Of a stretch of DNA of 64,000 nt, positions 14,801-26,015 are shown one piece after another. Source of the DNA: Candidatus Bathyarchaeota archaeon (GTDB lineage: Archaea; Thermoproteota; Bathyarchaeia; TCS64); assembly GCA_026014815.1 (NCBI GenBank), contig JAOZHP010000076.1, positions 7,250-71,249 of the forward strand, read 5' to 3'. Every line of letters begins with the position of its first letter. The first letter of the stretch is position 1. The position numbers and the translations under genes were made by a program. The notes under the pieces are model-generated. The model saw only the letters and a program-made list of their open reading frames with translations, ran no database searches and was not told where the DNA came from.

Positions 14801-17545
14801 TTACTCCTCCAATCGTAGGTCCGGCGCCACTGAGATCTGTCTCACCGCCACCAGAGTAGGTATGATGGTTGATACTAATAATAGAACGATGATTCCACCC
14901 AGTTGAATCAAAGTGCTTGTGGGGAACACCACTCTATGACTGAAAGTGAATGGCAGGCTACTGTTCAACAGGTTAATCACGCCGATAAGGTTACCTAAAC
15001 CAATGAAGAGACCCAGAATAATGGCGAAAATATCCATCCCGATGCTCTCTAGGAGCAGGCTCGCAGCCATCTGGCTCTGACTGTAACCCCTTATAGCCAT
15101 GATGGTGAGTTCCTTCATCCTGCTACGGATCACCGTAGAGGTGATGAGCATAACCCCGATGCTTGCCACGATGCCAGCGAAGTAAGCTCCCAGAGTCTGT
15201 ATCTGCTTAGGACCAGACAGCAACACATTGCTTAGAGCCACCTCCATGTTATGCTCAGTAACATCTACTCTCTGAATATCAGGATCTATCTCCTCGATGC
15301 TCGATTTCAGCTCATCCAAGTCAACACCTGGCTCGACTTTGAGAATAATTCGCCTCTGGTCGATGTACCGCTCCTTGATTTTCTCCATCAAGTCGTCGTT
15401 AACGTATAGCACAGGGTTACTGATTCCAACTATGTCGCCTGTATCTCTACCAAAAAACCCAACGATCTTTATCGAGTACGTCCTAGCCTTGACCTGAATC
15501 AGGAAAGTGTTGTTCACAGAGTACCCCAACGCGTTCGCAGCGCCCCTCTCCAGCAACCCACCGTACTCCGTCCTATTCATAACCTCGAAGACCTTCAGAT
15601 CCTCGACGAACTCGGGACCTATATACGCGGTGTCTCTCCACTCGATGGGATCAATACCCCGTATTGGAACATTTCCGAGGCTCGTTTTAGGCTGTAAAAT
15701 CGTCTCAATAGTAGCTGAGGCCACCCCTGGGAGCGCCTTAATTTCTTCGGATATCTCGTTCGCCGTCTTGCCCTCGAAGAGCCATACACCGATATCTGCT
15801 CCCACACCCGTCTTCACCGCGCTGACGAGAAAGTCCTCGCTTGTAGCAATGTTGCCGATGATGGAGACGCTATATCCAACGATGAGCGCTGTCATAAACA
15901 TGCTCGCTGCTACTCGCTTCAAGTTCCTCCTTGAGCTAAGCGTCAAGAACTTCGCAGCGTCACCTGCAACCAGCTGAGCAATCTTGGTCAAAAAGGTCTG
16001 GTACCATGGAACGTACTGCACGAAGAGCTTGATGAAGCCCCAGAAGAACAGTATTGGGGCAATGAAGCTCAACAGGTAATCCGTACCCCACCAAGTCGAG
16101 TAAAGCAATGTCACAATGAGATTAGAGGATTCGGGTCTAAACTGGTCGACAGATACACCCATGAAAAGCATCCCCATCCTGTAAGCTCCCAGAACAAAGG
16201 CAGTCATTGGCTCAAGCCAACTGAACTCTCCCTCCTCCTCAGAGGTCTGGTGCTCCCTAATCGCATCAACTATGTTGATGTTAATAGCCTTCTGGGCTGG
16301 CCGGTACACAGATAACACAGCAAGGAAGGTGCTGAATACGAATGTAACGATGAGAGTAGTTGGCGTGATAGATAACATCAGGTCGATGGGAGTAACCCCT
16401 GGGATCACGATAGGCAATATCAGTGTGCTGGCAATTATTCCGACAACGCTGGCTAGGACACTCACCATTGCTCCCTCGAAGAGCAGTATATAGAGAACCT
16501 GTTTATGGTTCATACCCCTCGTGAAGAGCAGCCCAATCTCTCTTCTCCTTAACCCGAAAACAACCTCACTCACTGTTACACCCAGGTACCATGCAGTGAA
16601 GAACACTGGAATACTGATCACCATCGTACTGGTCTTCATCTCGTCGGAGTTTCCCCGAATAGCGTCCAGAAGCTCCCCAAGGAAGTTCCTCGGCAGGTAC
16701 ATGTACCTCGCGCCGTTAGCGTTGACCTCCTCCAAGATCTCATTGACTGCTGCCTTGGAGCTAGGGATATCCCAAGGATTCACCAAGGTTTCCCTGTCAA
16801 GTGTGATTAATGCAACCGCTTCTTGATCATCCACAGGTCTCCTATTCTCAGCGAAAATCGGGTTGAGGATATCCATGAACGTCTCCTCGCTTACAAGCAC
16901 CATGTTGTAGATTGGACGACGCATAGTTACCTCGTTCCGGCTCATGAGGTTCTGAAGATAGATGTTATACCTGTTAACGAAGAGAGCCCAAGTCTTGTCT
17001 TTGAGCCCAACCGAGCCCTCTACTGGATAGGTTATGTTCTTGGTCTCGAAGCCTGGGGGGTTCTTCCAGAGATAAGTGTTCGCGGTGATAACCACCGAGC
17101 CTTCCTCGACGAGCGTGTCAGCCTCTCCACTGTTCACGTCTATGTAGAGAACACCTCTCTCAAGTCTATCTAACGTCAAGCCCTCGTAGAACACCGAGTC
17201 GTCAGGGATAGCGATAAGATAGACTCCTTCAAGTGTCTCGTTCAAGGCATCTGAGTTTAGGTTAATCGGCCACCTAACGAAGTGGTCCACTCCTATTACG
17301 CCGTCTATGTCACCTATTATCTCAGCGATATCGAAGACCCTTGTCTTGGAGATATTCTTGTCAGGTGCAGTCGAGATGATATCGTAGGGCGCCGAGTTGA
17401 ATATCTGATCGATGGACCGTGCCCCAATCGCGTCTGCTCCCTGAAGAATACCCGAGAATAGCGTAGCAGCCAAGGCTACACTCAGAAACAGTGACAGGAA
17501 GAGTCCTCTTCCACGAATAAGTCGTTTAACGGCGTAGCGGAACAT
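14801..17545 (-). CDS. FtsX/MacB-like ABC permease (duplicated)
   Basis: Two FtsX repeats (RRREIGLLFTRG, RMKELTIMAIRG) with large extracytoplasmic domains; adjacent to the ATPase. Confidence 0.88.
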   Translation of the reverse strand: MFRYAVKRLIRGRGLFLSLFLSVALAATLFSGILQGADAIGARSIDQIFNSAPYDIISTAPDKNISKTRVFDIAEIIGDIDGVIGVDHFVRWPINLNSDALNETLEGVYLIAIPDDSVFYEGLTLDRLERGVLYIDVNSGEADTLVEEGSVVITANTYLWKNPPGFETKNITYPVEGSVGLKDKTWALFVNRYNIYLQNLMSRNEVTMRRPIYNMVLVSEETFMDILNPIFAENRRPVDDQEAVALITLDRETLVNPWDIPSSKAAVNEILEEVNANGARYMYLPRNFLGELLDAIRGNSDEMKTSTMVISIPVFFTAWYLGVTVSEVVFGLRRREIGLLFTRGMNHKQVLYILLFEGAMVSVLASVVGIIASTLILPIVIPGVTPIDLMLSITPTTLIVTFVFSTFLAVLSVYRPAQKAININIVDAIREHQTSEEEGEFSWLEPMTAFVLGAYRMGMLFMGVSVDQFRPESSNLIVTLLYSTWWGTDYLLSFIAPILFFWGFIKLFVQYVPWYQTFLTKIAQLVAGDAAKFLTLSSRRNLKRVAASMFMTALIVGYSVSIIGNIATSEDFLVSAVKTGVGADIGVWLFEGKTANEISEEIKALPGVASATIETILQPKTSLGNVPIRGIDPIEWRDTAYIGPEFVEDLKVFEVMNRTEYGGLLERGAANALGYSVNNTFLIQVKARTYSIKIVGFFGRDTGDIVGISNPVLYVNDDLMEKIKERYIDQRRIILKVEPGVDLDELKSSIEEIDPDIQRVDVTEHNMEVALSNVLLSGPKQIQTLGAYFAGIVASIGVMLITSTVIRSRMKELTIMAIRGYSQSQMAASLLLESIGMDIFAIILGLFIGLGNLIGVINLLNSSLPFTFSHRVVFPTSTLIQLGGIIVLLLVSTIIPTLVAVRQISVAPDLRLEE

Positions 17546-17683
17546 CTCTACAACTCACGGTCCCAAGCTTAAAAAAATATGCTAATAAACACGTCGCATC
17601 CCCGGATTCAATGTTCTAGAGTATTGTTTTGCTTTTATACTAACATTTATATCGACTGCTCGGTTACCAACAGCAGTGATTCA

Positions 17684-18787
17684 ATGTCTTTGCTTCAACC
17701 TGATAACGAGATAGGCATGATATTGCAGACGCTGTTCAGCTTCGCGTTTGTCATCTATCTCTTCTACGCTCAGCGCATCCAAGCCATGACCATGCTCCGA
17801 CAAATAGAGACAACACTCCGAAAGATCAAGGGTCTCAAAGAGAAAGGCAAGAACACTGCCATCGAGACCATCAAGGAGATCGGTAAACCCGAAAGAGACC
17901 CGACACCCCAGGTAGAGCGTTTCATGGAGCACTTCCTGATCCCACCGGTAGACATGGACCCAGCGGGAGTAGTGGGAAAGCTCGGCAAAGTACTGAACGT
18001 AAGAGAGTTCACATTTGAGAAAGAGGTAGCCATACTGGCACCTAACGCCACACCCTCAGAGAGGAACAACATAGAGAATCTCCTCGAGGCATCACTGGCA
18101 CTGAACATGTTCTACAAGATCATCAGGCACTTTTACCTCATGGGCAAGAAGACCATGAACATCTACATCATCATGCAGATCCACATGATTCTCCCCCAGA
18201 TACTCCAACAGATCGAGGCATACAGCGCAGCCCTCCAAGCATTCAAGGAAGGCATCCCCATCGGGGACAGCGTCGGAGCAATAGTCGCAGCCAAACTCAT
18301 GAACGGCAGCGAGATCAGGGAGATCGCCAAGGACATGGTGGCAGCCGAGATCGAATTCGAGGGAAGACGAGTCCTAGTAACCAAGGCCATGGGTCCAGGT
18401 GGCAACGTGGGAAAGCCGGGTGACGCAATCACCAAACTGCTCGATGAAAACAAGGGCAAAGTAACAATGCTCATCACAGTTGACGCAGCAGGGAAACTAG
18501 AAGGAGAGGAAGTCGGTGAGATCGCTGAAGGCGTCGGAGCGGCCATAGGAGGTCCAGGCGTCGAGAAGTACAAGATCGAGAAAGCCGCGACAGAACACGA
18601 CGTACCCATGTACGCCGTTGCCATCAAGCAGGGCATGGAGCACGTGGTAGCGCCTCTGGTGGAGCCGCTGTTCGACGCCACAGACAAAGCGGTGGCAAGT
18701 GTGAAGGGACTTATCCTTGACTATAGCAAGGAAGGCGACACAGTTGTGGTAGCCGGGATCGGCAACACCGTGGGGGTAGCCCAATGA
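17684..18787 (+). CDS. DUF1512 family archaeal protein
   Basis: PVDMDPAG, PIGDSVG, VDAAGKLEGE, GVGAAIGGPG and GIGNTVGVAQ; likely ATG 17684 after a TTTATA box. Confidence 0.8.
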   Translation: MSLLQPDNEIGMILQTLFSFAFVIYLFYAQRIQAMTMLRQIETTLRKIKGLKEKGKNTAIETIKEIGKPERDPTPQVERFMEHFLIPPVDMDPAGVVGKLGKVLNVREFTFEKEVAILAPNATPSERNNIENLLEASLALNMFYKIIRHFYLMGKKTMNIYIIMQIHMILPQILQQIEAYSAALQAFKEGIPIGDSVGAIVAAKLMNGSEIREIAKDMVAAEIEFEGRRVLVTKAMGPGGNVGKPGDAITKLLDENKGKVTMLITVDAAGKLEGEEVGEIAEGVGAAIGGPGVEKYKIEKAATEHDVPMYAVAIKQGMEHVVAPLVEPLFDATDKAVASVKGLILDYSKEGDTVVVAGIGNTVGVAQ

Positions 18788-19197
18788 AGCAGATGAGCGA
18801 CACTGCGCCACTCGCAAGCGGAGCCACCCAGAACTGGGTCTCCTTGGCAGCCATGGTCGTCGTCGGCGCACTCGCCCTTATGAGCCTCTACATGGGTTTC
18901 CAGGCATACGGAAATGAGGACATCGAGACCGCGTTCATGTACATGATCATAGGGACAAGCGGATTCATAGCCATCGGGTACAGTTTCTTCAGGGCAAAGC
19001 CACCCACGAAGCGGAGCTTGGAGGTAAAGGAGTCTGAGGTGATCACCACACTGGAGTGCCCCCAATGCAACTTAAAACGCGTAAGGGCGTTCCAGCGAGG
19101 AGACTACTTATTCAAGAGCGATGAGCCTTGCACGCGGTGCGAGGGCAACATGCTCATGACGCGGATCCACACACGTAAAGACGAGAAAAAAAAGTAA
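18784..19197 (+). CDS. Two-TM membrane protein with C-terminal Zn ribbon
   Basis: CPQC...RAFQRGDY...CTRC; ATGA overlap with the DUF1512 gene. Confidence 0.75.
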   Translation: MKQMSDTAPLASGATQNWVSLAAMVVVGALALMSLYMGFQAYGNEDIETAFMYMIIGTSGFIAIGYSFFRAKPPTKRSLEVKESEVITTLECPQCNLKRVRAFQRGDYLFKSDEPCTRCEGNMLMTRIHTRKDEKKK

Positions 19198-20088
19198 CTA
19201 GGCTGTGGTAACCTCACAGCCATCACCGGTCACTATGACCGAGTGCTCAGCTTGAGCGACCTTCGCCCTGGTTCTCTCAATCAACTGAGGATAGCTCATT
19301 ATACACTTCGTTTTCAGGAGTTCCTGGAACGCTGCCTGCCCCTCCGGTCCCTTGAACCTCCTAATAACCCATCTGGAAGCAAAAGGAAGAGTTCTGTACT
19401 CTCCCTGAATTTGCTTCAGCATCCTCTTCGAAACACCCTTCAGGCTACGCTTCTTAATGAACCTGTAGATGTTGCTCGGCGGCCCATCCATGACGAGACC
19501 GTCAGCGCTCAGAGGCACAGCGAAGGGCTCTATCGCGTAAACGTCGCCCTCCATTATGAGGTGGTTGTCACGCCCAGAAACATTAGGGATACTTGGACCT
19601 GCATGAACCACGTATCTAGCGAGCTTGTGACCAGTAAGATTCCGTATGGGCTTGGCGCCGTGAGATTTTATTGCCTGTTCAATGGCTGCACCCACCTCTC
19701 CTGCCCGTATCCCCGATCTGATAGTGTTAATAGCAGCATCTAGACCCGCAGTCGCAGCGTCTACGAGATACCGTAAATCAGGGTCAAAACACGCCGTAAT
19801 CGCTGTGTCAGCGATCCACCCGTCCACATGTACACCGATATCCAGCTTAACGAGTGACTTGTCCGGAATCACCGTAATATCACCGTATGGAGAGCAGTAG
19901 TGAGCCGCCACGTGGTCTATGTCCACGTTTGTGGGGAAAGCCATGGCTCCCCCCAACTCGGCCACCATCTCGTTAACTCTGTCACAGAGATCAACAGCTT
20001 TCACCCCTGGCTTGACCTCCTTGACAACGGTGTCCCTGACCTTGCCTGCGATGCGACCTGCCTCCCTGAGGGCGTCAATGGGTTCCAT
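19198..20088 (-). CDS. map: Methionine aminopeptidase type II
   Basis: AAHY, DIGVHVDGWIADTA, GHKL..YVVH, IEPF and EHS, plus the type II helical insert. Confidence 0.95.
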   Translation of the reverse strand: MEPIDALREAGRIAGKVRDTVVKEVKPGVKAVDLCDRVNEMVAELGGAMAFPTNVDIDHVAAHYCSPYGDITVIPDKSLVKLDIGVHVDGWIADTAITACFDPDLRYLVDAATAGLDAAINTIRSGIRAGEVGAAIEQAIKSHGAKPIRNLTGHKLARYVVHAGPSIPNVSGRDNHLIMEGDVYAIEPFAVPLSADGLVMDGPPSNIYRFIKKRSLKGVSKRMLKQIQGEYRTLPFASRWVIRRFKGPEGQAAFQELLKTKCIMSYPQLIERTRAKVAQAEHSVIVTGDGCEVTTA

Positions 20089-20128
20089 AGTATCCACTAC
20101 TTTGGAGCATGATGGAAAAAGGGTTGCC

Positions 20129-20608
20129 CTAGGATGTGCTCTTGACAACCAGGACAGGTTTGGTACAGCTCTCTACGATCCGGCGACTGGTGCTGCCTAG
20201 TATCCATCCCGTAATGCCTCCAAGTCCCCTACTACCGATAACTATGAGGTCAACATTTGTGGTCTCCGCTTCATCAACGATGGTCGAGGAAGGTTTTCCC
20301 TCCAAGAGTTTGGTTGAAACCTTCAGGTTTGGAAAGGTCTCCCTGACATCGTTCTCGGCCTCCTTGAGGCTGGTGGCGTAGATTTCCTTCATTTTGTCCT
20401 GGTAGTCACTCATGTCCTGGGCAGCGGATATAGGAGCCGCGCCGAAGCCCTCGTCGGGGAAGACAGGCATCATCACCCTAGGTACAACTGACAGGATCTC
20501 TAGTTCACTGTTCCATCTGACAGCTACGCTGACACCGTGGTCCAGTGCGTGTTTGGATGGCTCGGAGCCATCGAAAGCTACAAGAATTTTCTTGTACATC
20601 GCTCTCAT
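20129..20608 (-). CDS. Universal stress protein (UspA family)
   Basis: KILVAFDGSEPS and DLIVIGSRGLG..LGSTS. Confidence 0.93.
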   Translation of the reverse strand: MRAMYKKILVAFDGSEPSKHALDHGVSVAVRWNSELEILSVVPRVMMPVFPDEGFGAAPISAAQDMSDYQDKMKEIYATSLKEAENDVRETFPNLKVSTKLLEGKPSSTIVDEAETTNVDLIVIGSRGLGGITGWILGSTSRRIVESCTKPVLVVKSTS

Positions 20609-20699
20609 GGATTACTCGGTTCGGGCAATATAAACGTCTTAGGACTCAAAAATGGGAGAAACCTTGTTTTATGTGAATTTATAAAAAATAATCCGGCAT

Positions 20700-21635
20700 T
20701 TAACCGGTTTTTCCAAGTGTTTGAAGAAGGTTCAGTTCTCCATACCTCTTCTTGATGATACTCCATTCTTCCTCGTCGTAGAAGCTGCACATGCCTTTCC
20801 CATAGGCTTTGGCAACCTCTAAGGTGAATCGGGCAGCCATCTCAATATCTGTGGGGTGACTGGCGCCGGTCCCACAGCCTGGCACAGGGACCTCAGTGGT
20901 TATCGCGACACCCACAACCGGTTTATCGGTGGCTATGGTGGGCTGCATTATGCTGTTGATGTGGTCAAGGTCATTACCGTATGGTGTGATGTCCTGCGTC
21001 GTTATGGGGCATACTCTAGGTGGCTGTCCTGTTGTCCACTCCATTATGTCCAGGAGGCTGTCGCTCACCTTGAGGATCCACCCTTCTTTAGCGGTAGGGG
21101 TGATGGCGAAGCCTCTCCAGTTGGCTACCCTGTTGCCTTTTGTGGTGTCGATGCTGAGCACCGCGTCCATCTCTGGGTCCATCTCCTCCTTGTTCATGGT
21201 GGCTGTGTCAATTGGGCTTCCCATGAAGGGAACTGGCTTGTGAGGCTTGATTGGGGCGTTTGGACAGATATGAGTAGCAACGACGACATCACCGGGAAGC
21301 TGGTCCCCTTTTCCTTTCATGTCCGCGAGCTTCAGGGCAACGCTGAGAGCCGTGACTGCGCCGTCGCCGTCCGAGACAAGACCGATCTGCTCAGGTCGGG
21401 CTCCTATACCTCCTAACCGACCGATTATCCCCAATGTGGGAGCGTCTCCTCCAACCGTCTTACCCCTAGTGCCGGGGATTTTTACTTTGATGAAGTCGGT
21501 GCTGCCTTTCTCTCCCTGTATCGTCCAGACCTTGACTGTTTCGTGGCCTCTCATTCTCAGGAATTCCGCGACCTCTTGCCCGGTCACGATAGCGGAGTCG
21601 AGAAGCTCCATTATCTCCATTACCTGTTTAAGCAT
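20700..21635 (-). CDS. DUF1177 family protein (peptidase-like)
   Basis: GSTDFIK, GRLGGIGARP, VSDGDGA, SIDTTKGNR and DITPYGN..HINSI. Confidence 0.85.
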   Translation of the reverse strand: MLKQVMEIMELLDSAIVTGQEVAEFLRMRGHETVKVWTIQGEKGSTDFIKVKIPGTRGKTVGGDAPTLGIIGRLGGIGARPEQIGLVSDGDGAVTALSVALKLADMKGKGDQLPGDVVVATHICPNAPIKPHKPVPFMGSPIDTATMNKEEMDPEMDAVLSIDTTKGNRVANWRGFAITPTAKEGWILKVSDSLLDIMEWTTGQPPRVCPITTQDITPYGNDLDHINSIMQPTIATDKPVVGVAITTEVPVPGCGTGASHPTDIEMAARFTLEVAKAYGKGMCSFYDEEEWSIIKKRYGELNLLQTLGKTG

Positions 21636-21726
21636 GGTATAGACTCATGTCTCTGCTTATCTAAAGGTTCTATGTTTCACTTCATGGTGACAGTATTCTT
21701 TTATTGGCTCCCGAGCCGGCTCATCT

Positions 21727-21921
21727 GTGGAACAGAAACACTCTGCCTTGGATGAACAGGAGCTAAAAGAACGCATCAAGATGCTTATCGCTGAGGAGAA
21801 AATTATTCGTGGGGAGCGTCACAGACTGGAGGCTCGCCTTAGGCGAATTATCATGGAAAGGTACACGGACTTGTATCGTCGTTACAGTGGAAAAGAGAAG
21901 GACCTTAAGGTCCCCTCATAA
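21727..21921 (+). CDS. Small hypothetical helical protein
   Basis: 64-aa charged ORF filling an intergenic gap. Confidence 0.4.
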   Translation: MEQKHSALDEQELKERIKMLIAEEKIIRGERHRLEARLRRIIMERYTDLYRRYSGKEKDLKVPS

Positions 21922-21974
21922 GGATTCTAGCGCGATAAACGCGCAAGTCACTTGGGACAAGTTTTTTTGGGGTG

Positions 21975-22892
21975 TTAGGCTCGTTCAGCCCTTACGATTA
22001 AGCTGAACCTTTCGTAGTCGTAACGGTGTACCTTGATGCCCGCTGCCTCTCCCTCGGTGTATTCACCTGCGGTTCCATTCTTGATGTTGACCGCTGCCTC
22101 GTAACACTCCTTGATGAGATGTCTCTCCATCCGTGGCTCGTTATGGCTTGGCATCACCCACTCATAGCTGGGAATCATATCCGTCATCTTCTTGAAGCTC
22201 GCAATGAACTGATCCAGATTCGTGGTAGGGGCGTAGACGTAGATGGGAGCAGGATAGAAGCTGTCACCAGTCCAGAGTATCTTGTTTTTCTTATCCAACA
22301 AGCATATGCTGTCAGGGCTGTGACCCGGCGTATGAACAACGTCAAGCGTCCTGTCTCCGAGCTCTACCTTGTCGCCGTCCTTGAGCCACCTCGTCACCTT
22401 GAAGGGGTGTATCCTCCAACTCTCAACATCGAGATAAGGTGGGAGAGGCTTCCAAACCATGTCTCCGTCAATGTAGTGACCCATCTGTTCCCTTGTCTGA
22501 CCGTTGTCAGCCTTGTTGTGGCTGAAGTCTGACTCAAGCACGGCTACATCGGTGAACTGATGGTTTCCTCCTATGTGGTCGCCGTGGGTATGAGTGTTGA
22601 CGACGATTACCGGTAGATCTGTGAGCCCGTCTACCACTGCCTTTATGTTTCCGATGCCATTCCCCGTGTCTATGAGGGCCGCCTTCTCCTCTCCGAGGAC
22701 CAAGTAGCTGATTACTTCCTCGAACTGCCCGTCCTCATAGATGGCATACACTGACTCGGTGAGCTTGTAAATCTCGAACCATGGGTCTGTTTGATCTACT
22801 TTCGGGTAATGGCTCCACACCTCACGTGGGAGCTTCTCGTACCACTTCTTAGGCACAATAATGTCGCTTTCAGTATCATTTGAATAAGCCAT
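21975..22892 (-). CDS. MBL-fold metallo-hydrolase
   Basis: THTHGDHIGG, TPGHS, TGD and PSHN. Confidence 0.92.
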   Translation of the reverse strand: MAYSNDTESDIIVPKKWYEKLPREVWSHYPKVDQTDPWFEIYKLTESVYAIYEDGQFEEVISYLVLGEEKAALIDTGNGIGNIKAVVDGLTDLPVIVVNTHTHGDHIGGNHQFTDVAVLESDFSHNKADNGQTREQMGHYIDGDMVWKPLPPYLDVESWRIHPFKVTRWLKDGDKVELGDRTLDVVHTPGHSPDSICLLDKKNKILWTGDSFYPAPIYVYAPTTNLDQFIASFKKMTDMIPSYEWVMPSHNEPRMERHLIKECYEAAVNIKNGTAGEYTEGEAAGIKVHRYDYERFSLIVRAERA

Positions 22893-23005
22893 AACAAATC
22901 AAGACTCAGCTTCCCTGATATAGTGTTATTGCTCCAGATGAGACAACACGCGACTATTCTCGGTTACATAGATCATAAGCATCCGCTGCTTTCACGTATG
23001 CCCGG

Positions 23006-24208
23006 ATGCGGACGGTTGCACTGATTCACCCCAGCCTCAACAGGTACGGTGGAGCCGAGAAGATGTGCCTTGAGATGCTGACGACGCTGAAGAACGCAGG
23101 TTATACTGTGCATCTATATACGCTGGATAAGCCGAGGTGGGAAGACATCGAAAAAAACTGGGGAATTAAAAACCGTCCAGACCACGAGGAACACCAAGTC
23201 GAAGGGATATTGGATCCAAGCTCTTCCTACATGTGGCTTTTGACAGCGATTAGGTATATATGGATGTTATTCAAGGCACAGATGGAAGACTATCTCACCA
23301 TCAATAACTATGGTGAGGCGTTCCCCCTCGTCAGCGACGTATCAGTGATGCACTCCAAACCCCTCATCACCATCGAACATGGTAACCCCTACAAAGTGCC
23401 CTTTTGGGAGTTTGTTCAACCAGCATACGTATGGCTTCATCGATTCATGGCAAGTCGTTATCCAACCAAGATCATCGTCGCCAACTCCAATTATAACGCG
23501 GGGATCATCAGGAAGAAGTTAGGAAGAATACCTATTACCTTACACCCCTTCATCGAGCCTATTAATTACGGAAGGGAGGCCAAGACTGGACAGATTCTTG
23601 TTGTCTCAAGACTTACCTCTGCGAAGAACCTGGAGATCATCCCCGAGGTACTTAGATACTCAAGGGGAACAAGATGCAGCCTCGCAGGGAGGACCAACAG
23701 AGGTACTCCTAGTCTCCTCAAAGCGATCAGGAACGACCTACGCATGGACGTCTACCCAAACCCCAGACGAAGCGAGATCATGAATCTCATGCGAAGTAGC
23801 TCAATATACCTGAGCACACAGCCCAACGAGGCCTTTGGCATGGCTGTTCTTGAGGCAATGAGCGCAGGGTGTGTCCCGGTAGTATACCGGGACGGTGGGC
23901 CATGGATCGACGTGCTGGAGGAGACTGATGGCGAGGTTGGTTACAGCTACACCACCGGGATGGAGGCAGCAGACAAGATCGATCTCATTCTCTCAGACGA
24001 GTTCCTGCGAGAACGTCTCCGAGTCAACGCCGTGAAGCGCGTCAACTACTTCTCCCGGGAACGTTTCGAGGAAAAGTTCATGGAGATCGTGAAAAGTGTG
24101 CCAAAGAGGGAAAGAAGGAAAGATAGGTTGGCGAGGGCTTACCGATGGATCGTAAGGATCAGGACGAGGATCAACTCAGAGATCGATAGACTCCTCGGGG
24201 ATTTCTAG
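23006..24208 (+). CDS. Glycosyltransferase family 4 (GT-B, Alg11-like)
   Basis: GGAEK, ANSNY and EAFGMAVLEAMSAG. Confidence 0.9.
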   Translation: MRTVALIHPSLNRYGGAEKMCLEMLTTLKNAGYTVHLYTLDKPRWEDIEKNWGIKNRPDHEEHQVEGILDPSSSYMWLLTAIRYIWMLFKAQMEDYLTINNYGEAFPLVSDVSVMHSKPLITIEHGNPYKVPFWEFVQPAYVWLHRFMASRYPTKIIVANSNYNAGIIRKKLGRIPITLHPFIEPINYGREAKTGQILVVSRLTSAKNLEIIPEVLRYSRGTRCSLAGRTNRGTPSLLKAIRNDLRMDVYPNPRRSEIMNLMRSSSIYLSTQPNEAFGMAVLEAMSAGCVPVVYRDGGPWIDVLEETDGEVGYSYTTGMEAADKIDLILSDEFLRERLRVNAVKRVNYFSRERFEEKFMEIVKSVPKRERRKDRLARAYRWIVRIRTRINSEIDRLLGDF

Positions 24209-24460
24209 TCGCGTCTGGTTAGCACGCTGAACCTGCCGTAGTCGTATTTTCTGATAGAAGTTTCTCTGTCTGTTCCTTCAAGGTATTCCCCTCGGCGATG
24301 TCAACGACTGCCTTGTACACTTCTTTGAGGAGGCTCTTCTCGACACATAGCTCGTTGTGGCTCGGCGTAAGGTGATCGTACTCGTCGTAGTAGTTGAGCA
24401 ACTTCTCGTAGCTATCTATGAAGGTGGGTATATCCCCACCGTTGAGGTACGTATACGTAG
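24205..24460 (-). pseudogene. 3' remnant of a third MBL-hydrolase paralog with a frameshift
   Basis: YTYLNGGDIPTFIDSYEKLL..YDHLTPSHNE..., then in a shifted frame GEYLEGTDRETSIRKYDYGRFSVLTRRD*, matching the C-termini of 21975-22892 and 30456-31367. Confidence 0.75.
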
Positions 24461-25004
24461 ATCTTGTTGTCTGATTTCCAGAATTTTCCTTCAAGCATCG
24501 CGGGTACCTAACTGTATATTGTTATCGAAAACTTTGAATGTATATCACCGAGACAGACTTTTAGACTTGCATAAGTATTTCGCGGAGAGTTTCTATATGA
24601 ATGAAATTAACAATATAGAGAACCAAGATATTACACCGCTCTAAGAGATCAATTGAACCAACTCAGAAAACAAGACCTAATGGACATTGCTCTCTGTAAC
24701 TAGGACCAGAGGGACCTCAAGACTTTACAAGAGATAATGCTGGCCGAGAAAAACCAATTCTACTAGTTAGACGAGGTCTTGGCTTGAGTATTGAGCTTCT
24801 ACCAAAAATTCGTACCTTTGGAGAGACTCCCACAGAAAACATGTTTAATGACGCGAAAGGAGGTGAGTCATACCTTTTATGATGAACTCCATCTGATAAG
24901 TGAGGCTTTCTTTTTTTATCATCTGACTAGCCTAAAAGCATCAGCCAAAATGTACGGATTATTCAATTCCAGGAGTTTTTTAATTAATTTATTATATTGG
25001 GATT

Positions 25005-25982
25005 CTAGTTGGGCTTTTTCCCGTTGTTTGTCTTTTCCTCATCGTTGTCGTTGTTTGTTGATGCTCCGTTGCTGTTGTTTTCTGTTTTATCCTTGTCCTT
25101 CTTTTCCTTGAAGTTGATCTTGTTGTCCTTGATATCTCCGTTCAACTGATCAAGTTCGTCATCTTCGTCAGAGGTATCCTGGCCCTTCTTCTCTTTCTCC
25201 TCCTTCTCCTTGAGAGTCTTCTGGACCTTGGCCTCAAGATGATCCACGTTCTTCAGCAACTTAGATACATCATTGTCACCTAGGTAATCGAAACCGGCGT
25301 TCAACTGCAAAGTTAGCGAGGAGAGATCATCGATCGCGTCGCTGTACTCTCCATCATTTATCTTTCCGAGTACCTGTCTGATCTTTTTGTCGCTGTTCCC
25401 GAGAATAGTCTCCAGCTTCCTTGCGTCATCATCTGTAATGCTATCAACAATATCCTCTACGTGCTGATACATCGATGTAATTCTTTCAAGGAGTCCGTCT
25501 TGGTACTGGACTATAAGCTGGTGTTTTCCTTTTTTGATCTCGTCATCCAAGTCCTCAGGGTCATCACCCTTGGGTTTGTCTGAGTCTTCTGTGTCATCTG
25601 GGGCACCATATACCGCGTCTGGGTTATAGTCCAGATATTGCTGCCAAGTGCTTCTAAAGAGTTTCAGGGCGTCCAAGTAATATTGTGCCGAGGCTTTCAA
25701 GTCAGCACCTTCGGTCTCCTCGGCCTTCTTCATGGCGGTCAAAGCCTGTTGAAGAGAGTTGAGAATCTCGGGACTTAGATCTTTTTCTAGGAGGTAAAGA
25801 AGCTCGTCTCGCCTGGCCTCGGCTGCGGCCTTTATGGCGTCGTACACTTTCTGGCTGATTTTACGGTTATTTCCGAGGTCATTGGTGATATCGTCGCCAT
25901 CGATATCCGCGTAGACCAAATTAACAAACAGAGATGACAGTAGTAGTACCATCAGAGGTATTACTTTCATCTTTCTTATCAT
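25005..25982 (-). CDS. Secreted acidic alpha-helical hypothetical protein
   Basis: Signal peptide, helical D/E/K-rich body and low-complexity N/K/D tail. Confidence 0.65.
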   Translation of the reverse strand: MIRKMKVIPLMVLLLSSLFVNLVYADIDGDDITNDLGNNRKISQKVYDAIKAAAEARRDELLYLLEKDLSPEILNSLQQALTAMKKAEETEGADLKASAQYYLDALKLFRSTWQQYLDYNPDAVYGAPDDTEDSDKPKGDDPEDLDDEIKKGKHQLIVQYQDGLLERITSMYQHVEDIVDSITDDDARKLETILGNSDKKIRQVLGKINDGEYSDAIDDLSSLTLQLNAGFDYLGDNDVSKLLKNVDHLEAKVQKTLKEKEEKEKKGQDTSDEDDELDQLNGDIKDNKINFKEKKDKDKTENNSNGASTNNDNDEEKTNNGKKPN

Positions 25983-26015
25983 TGGTCTTCGCCTGACCCA
26001 CCTCTGTACATGATC

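Noticed and set aside
24650-25111. Possible decayed + strand gene (LDEVLA*VLSFYQKFVP) and track ORF 24791-25111
   Set aside because: Several in-frame stops and no family I can recognise.
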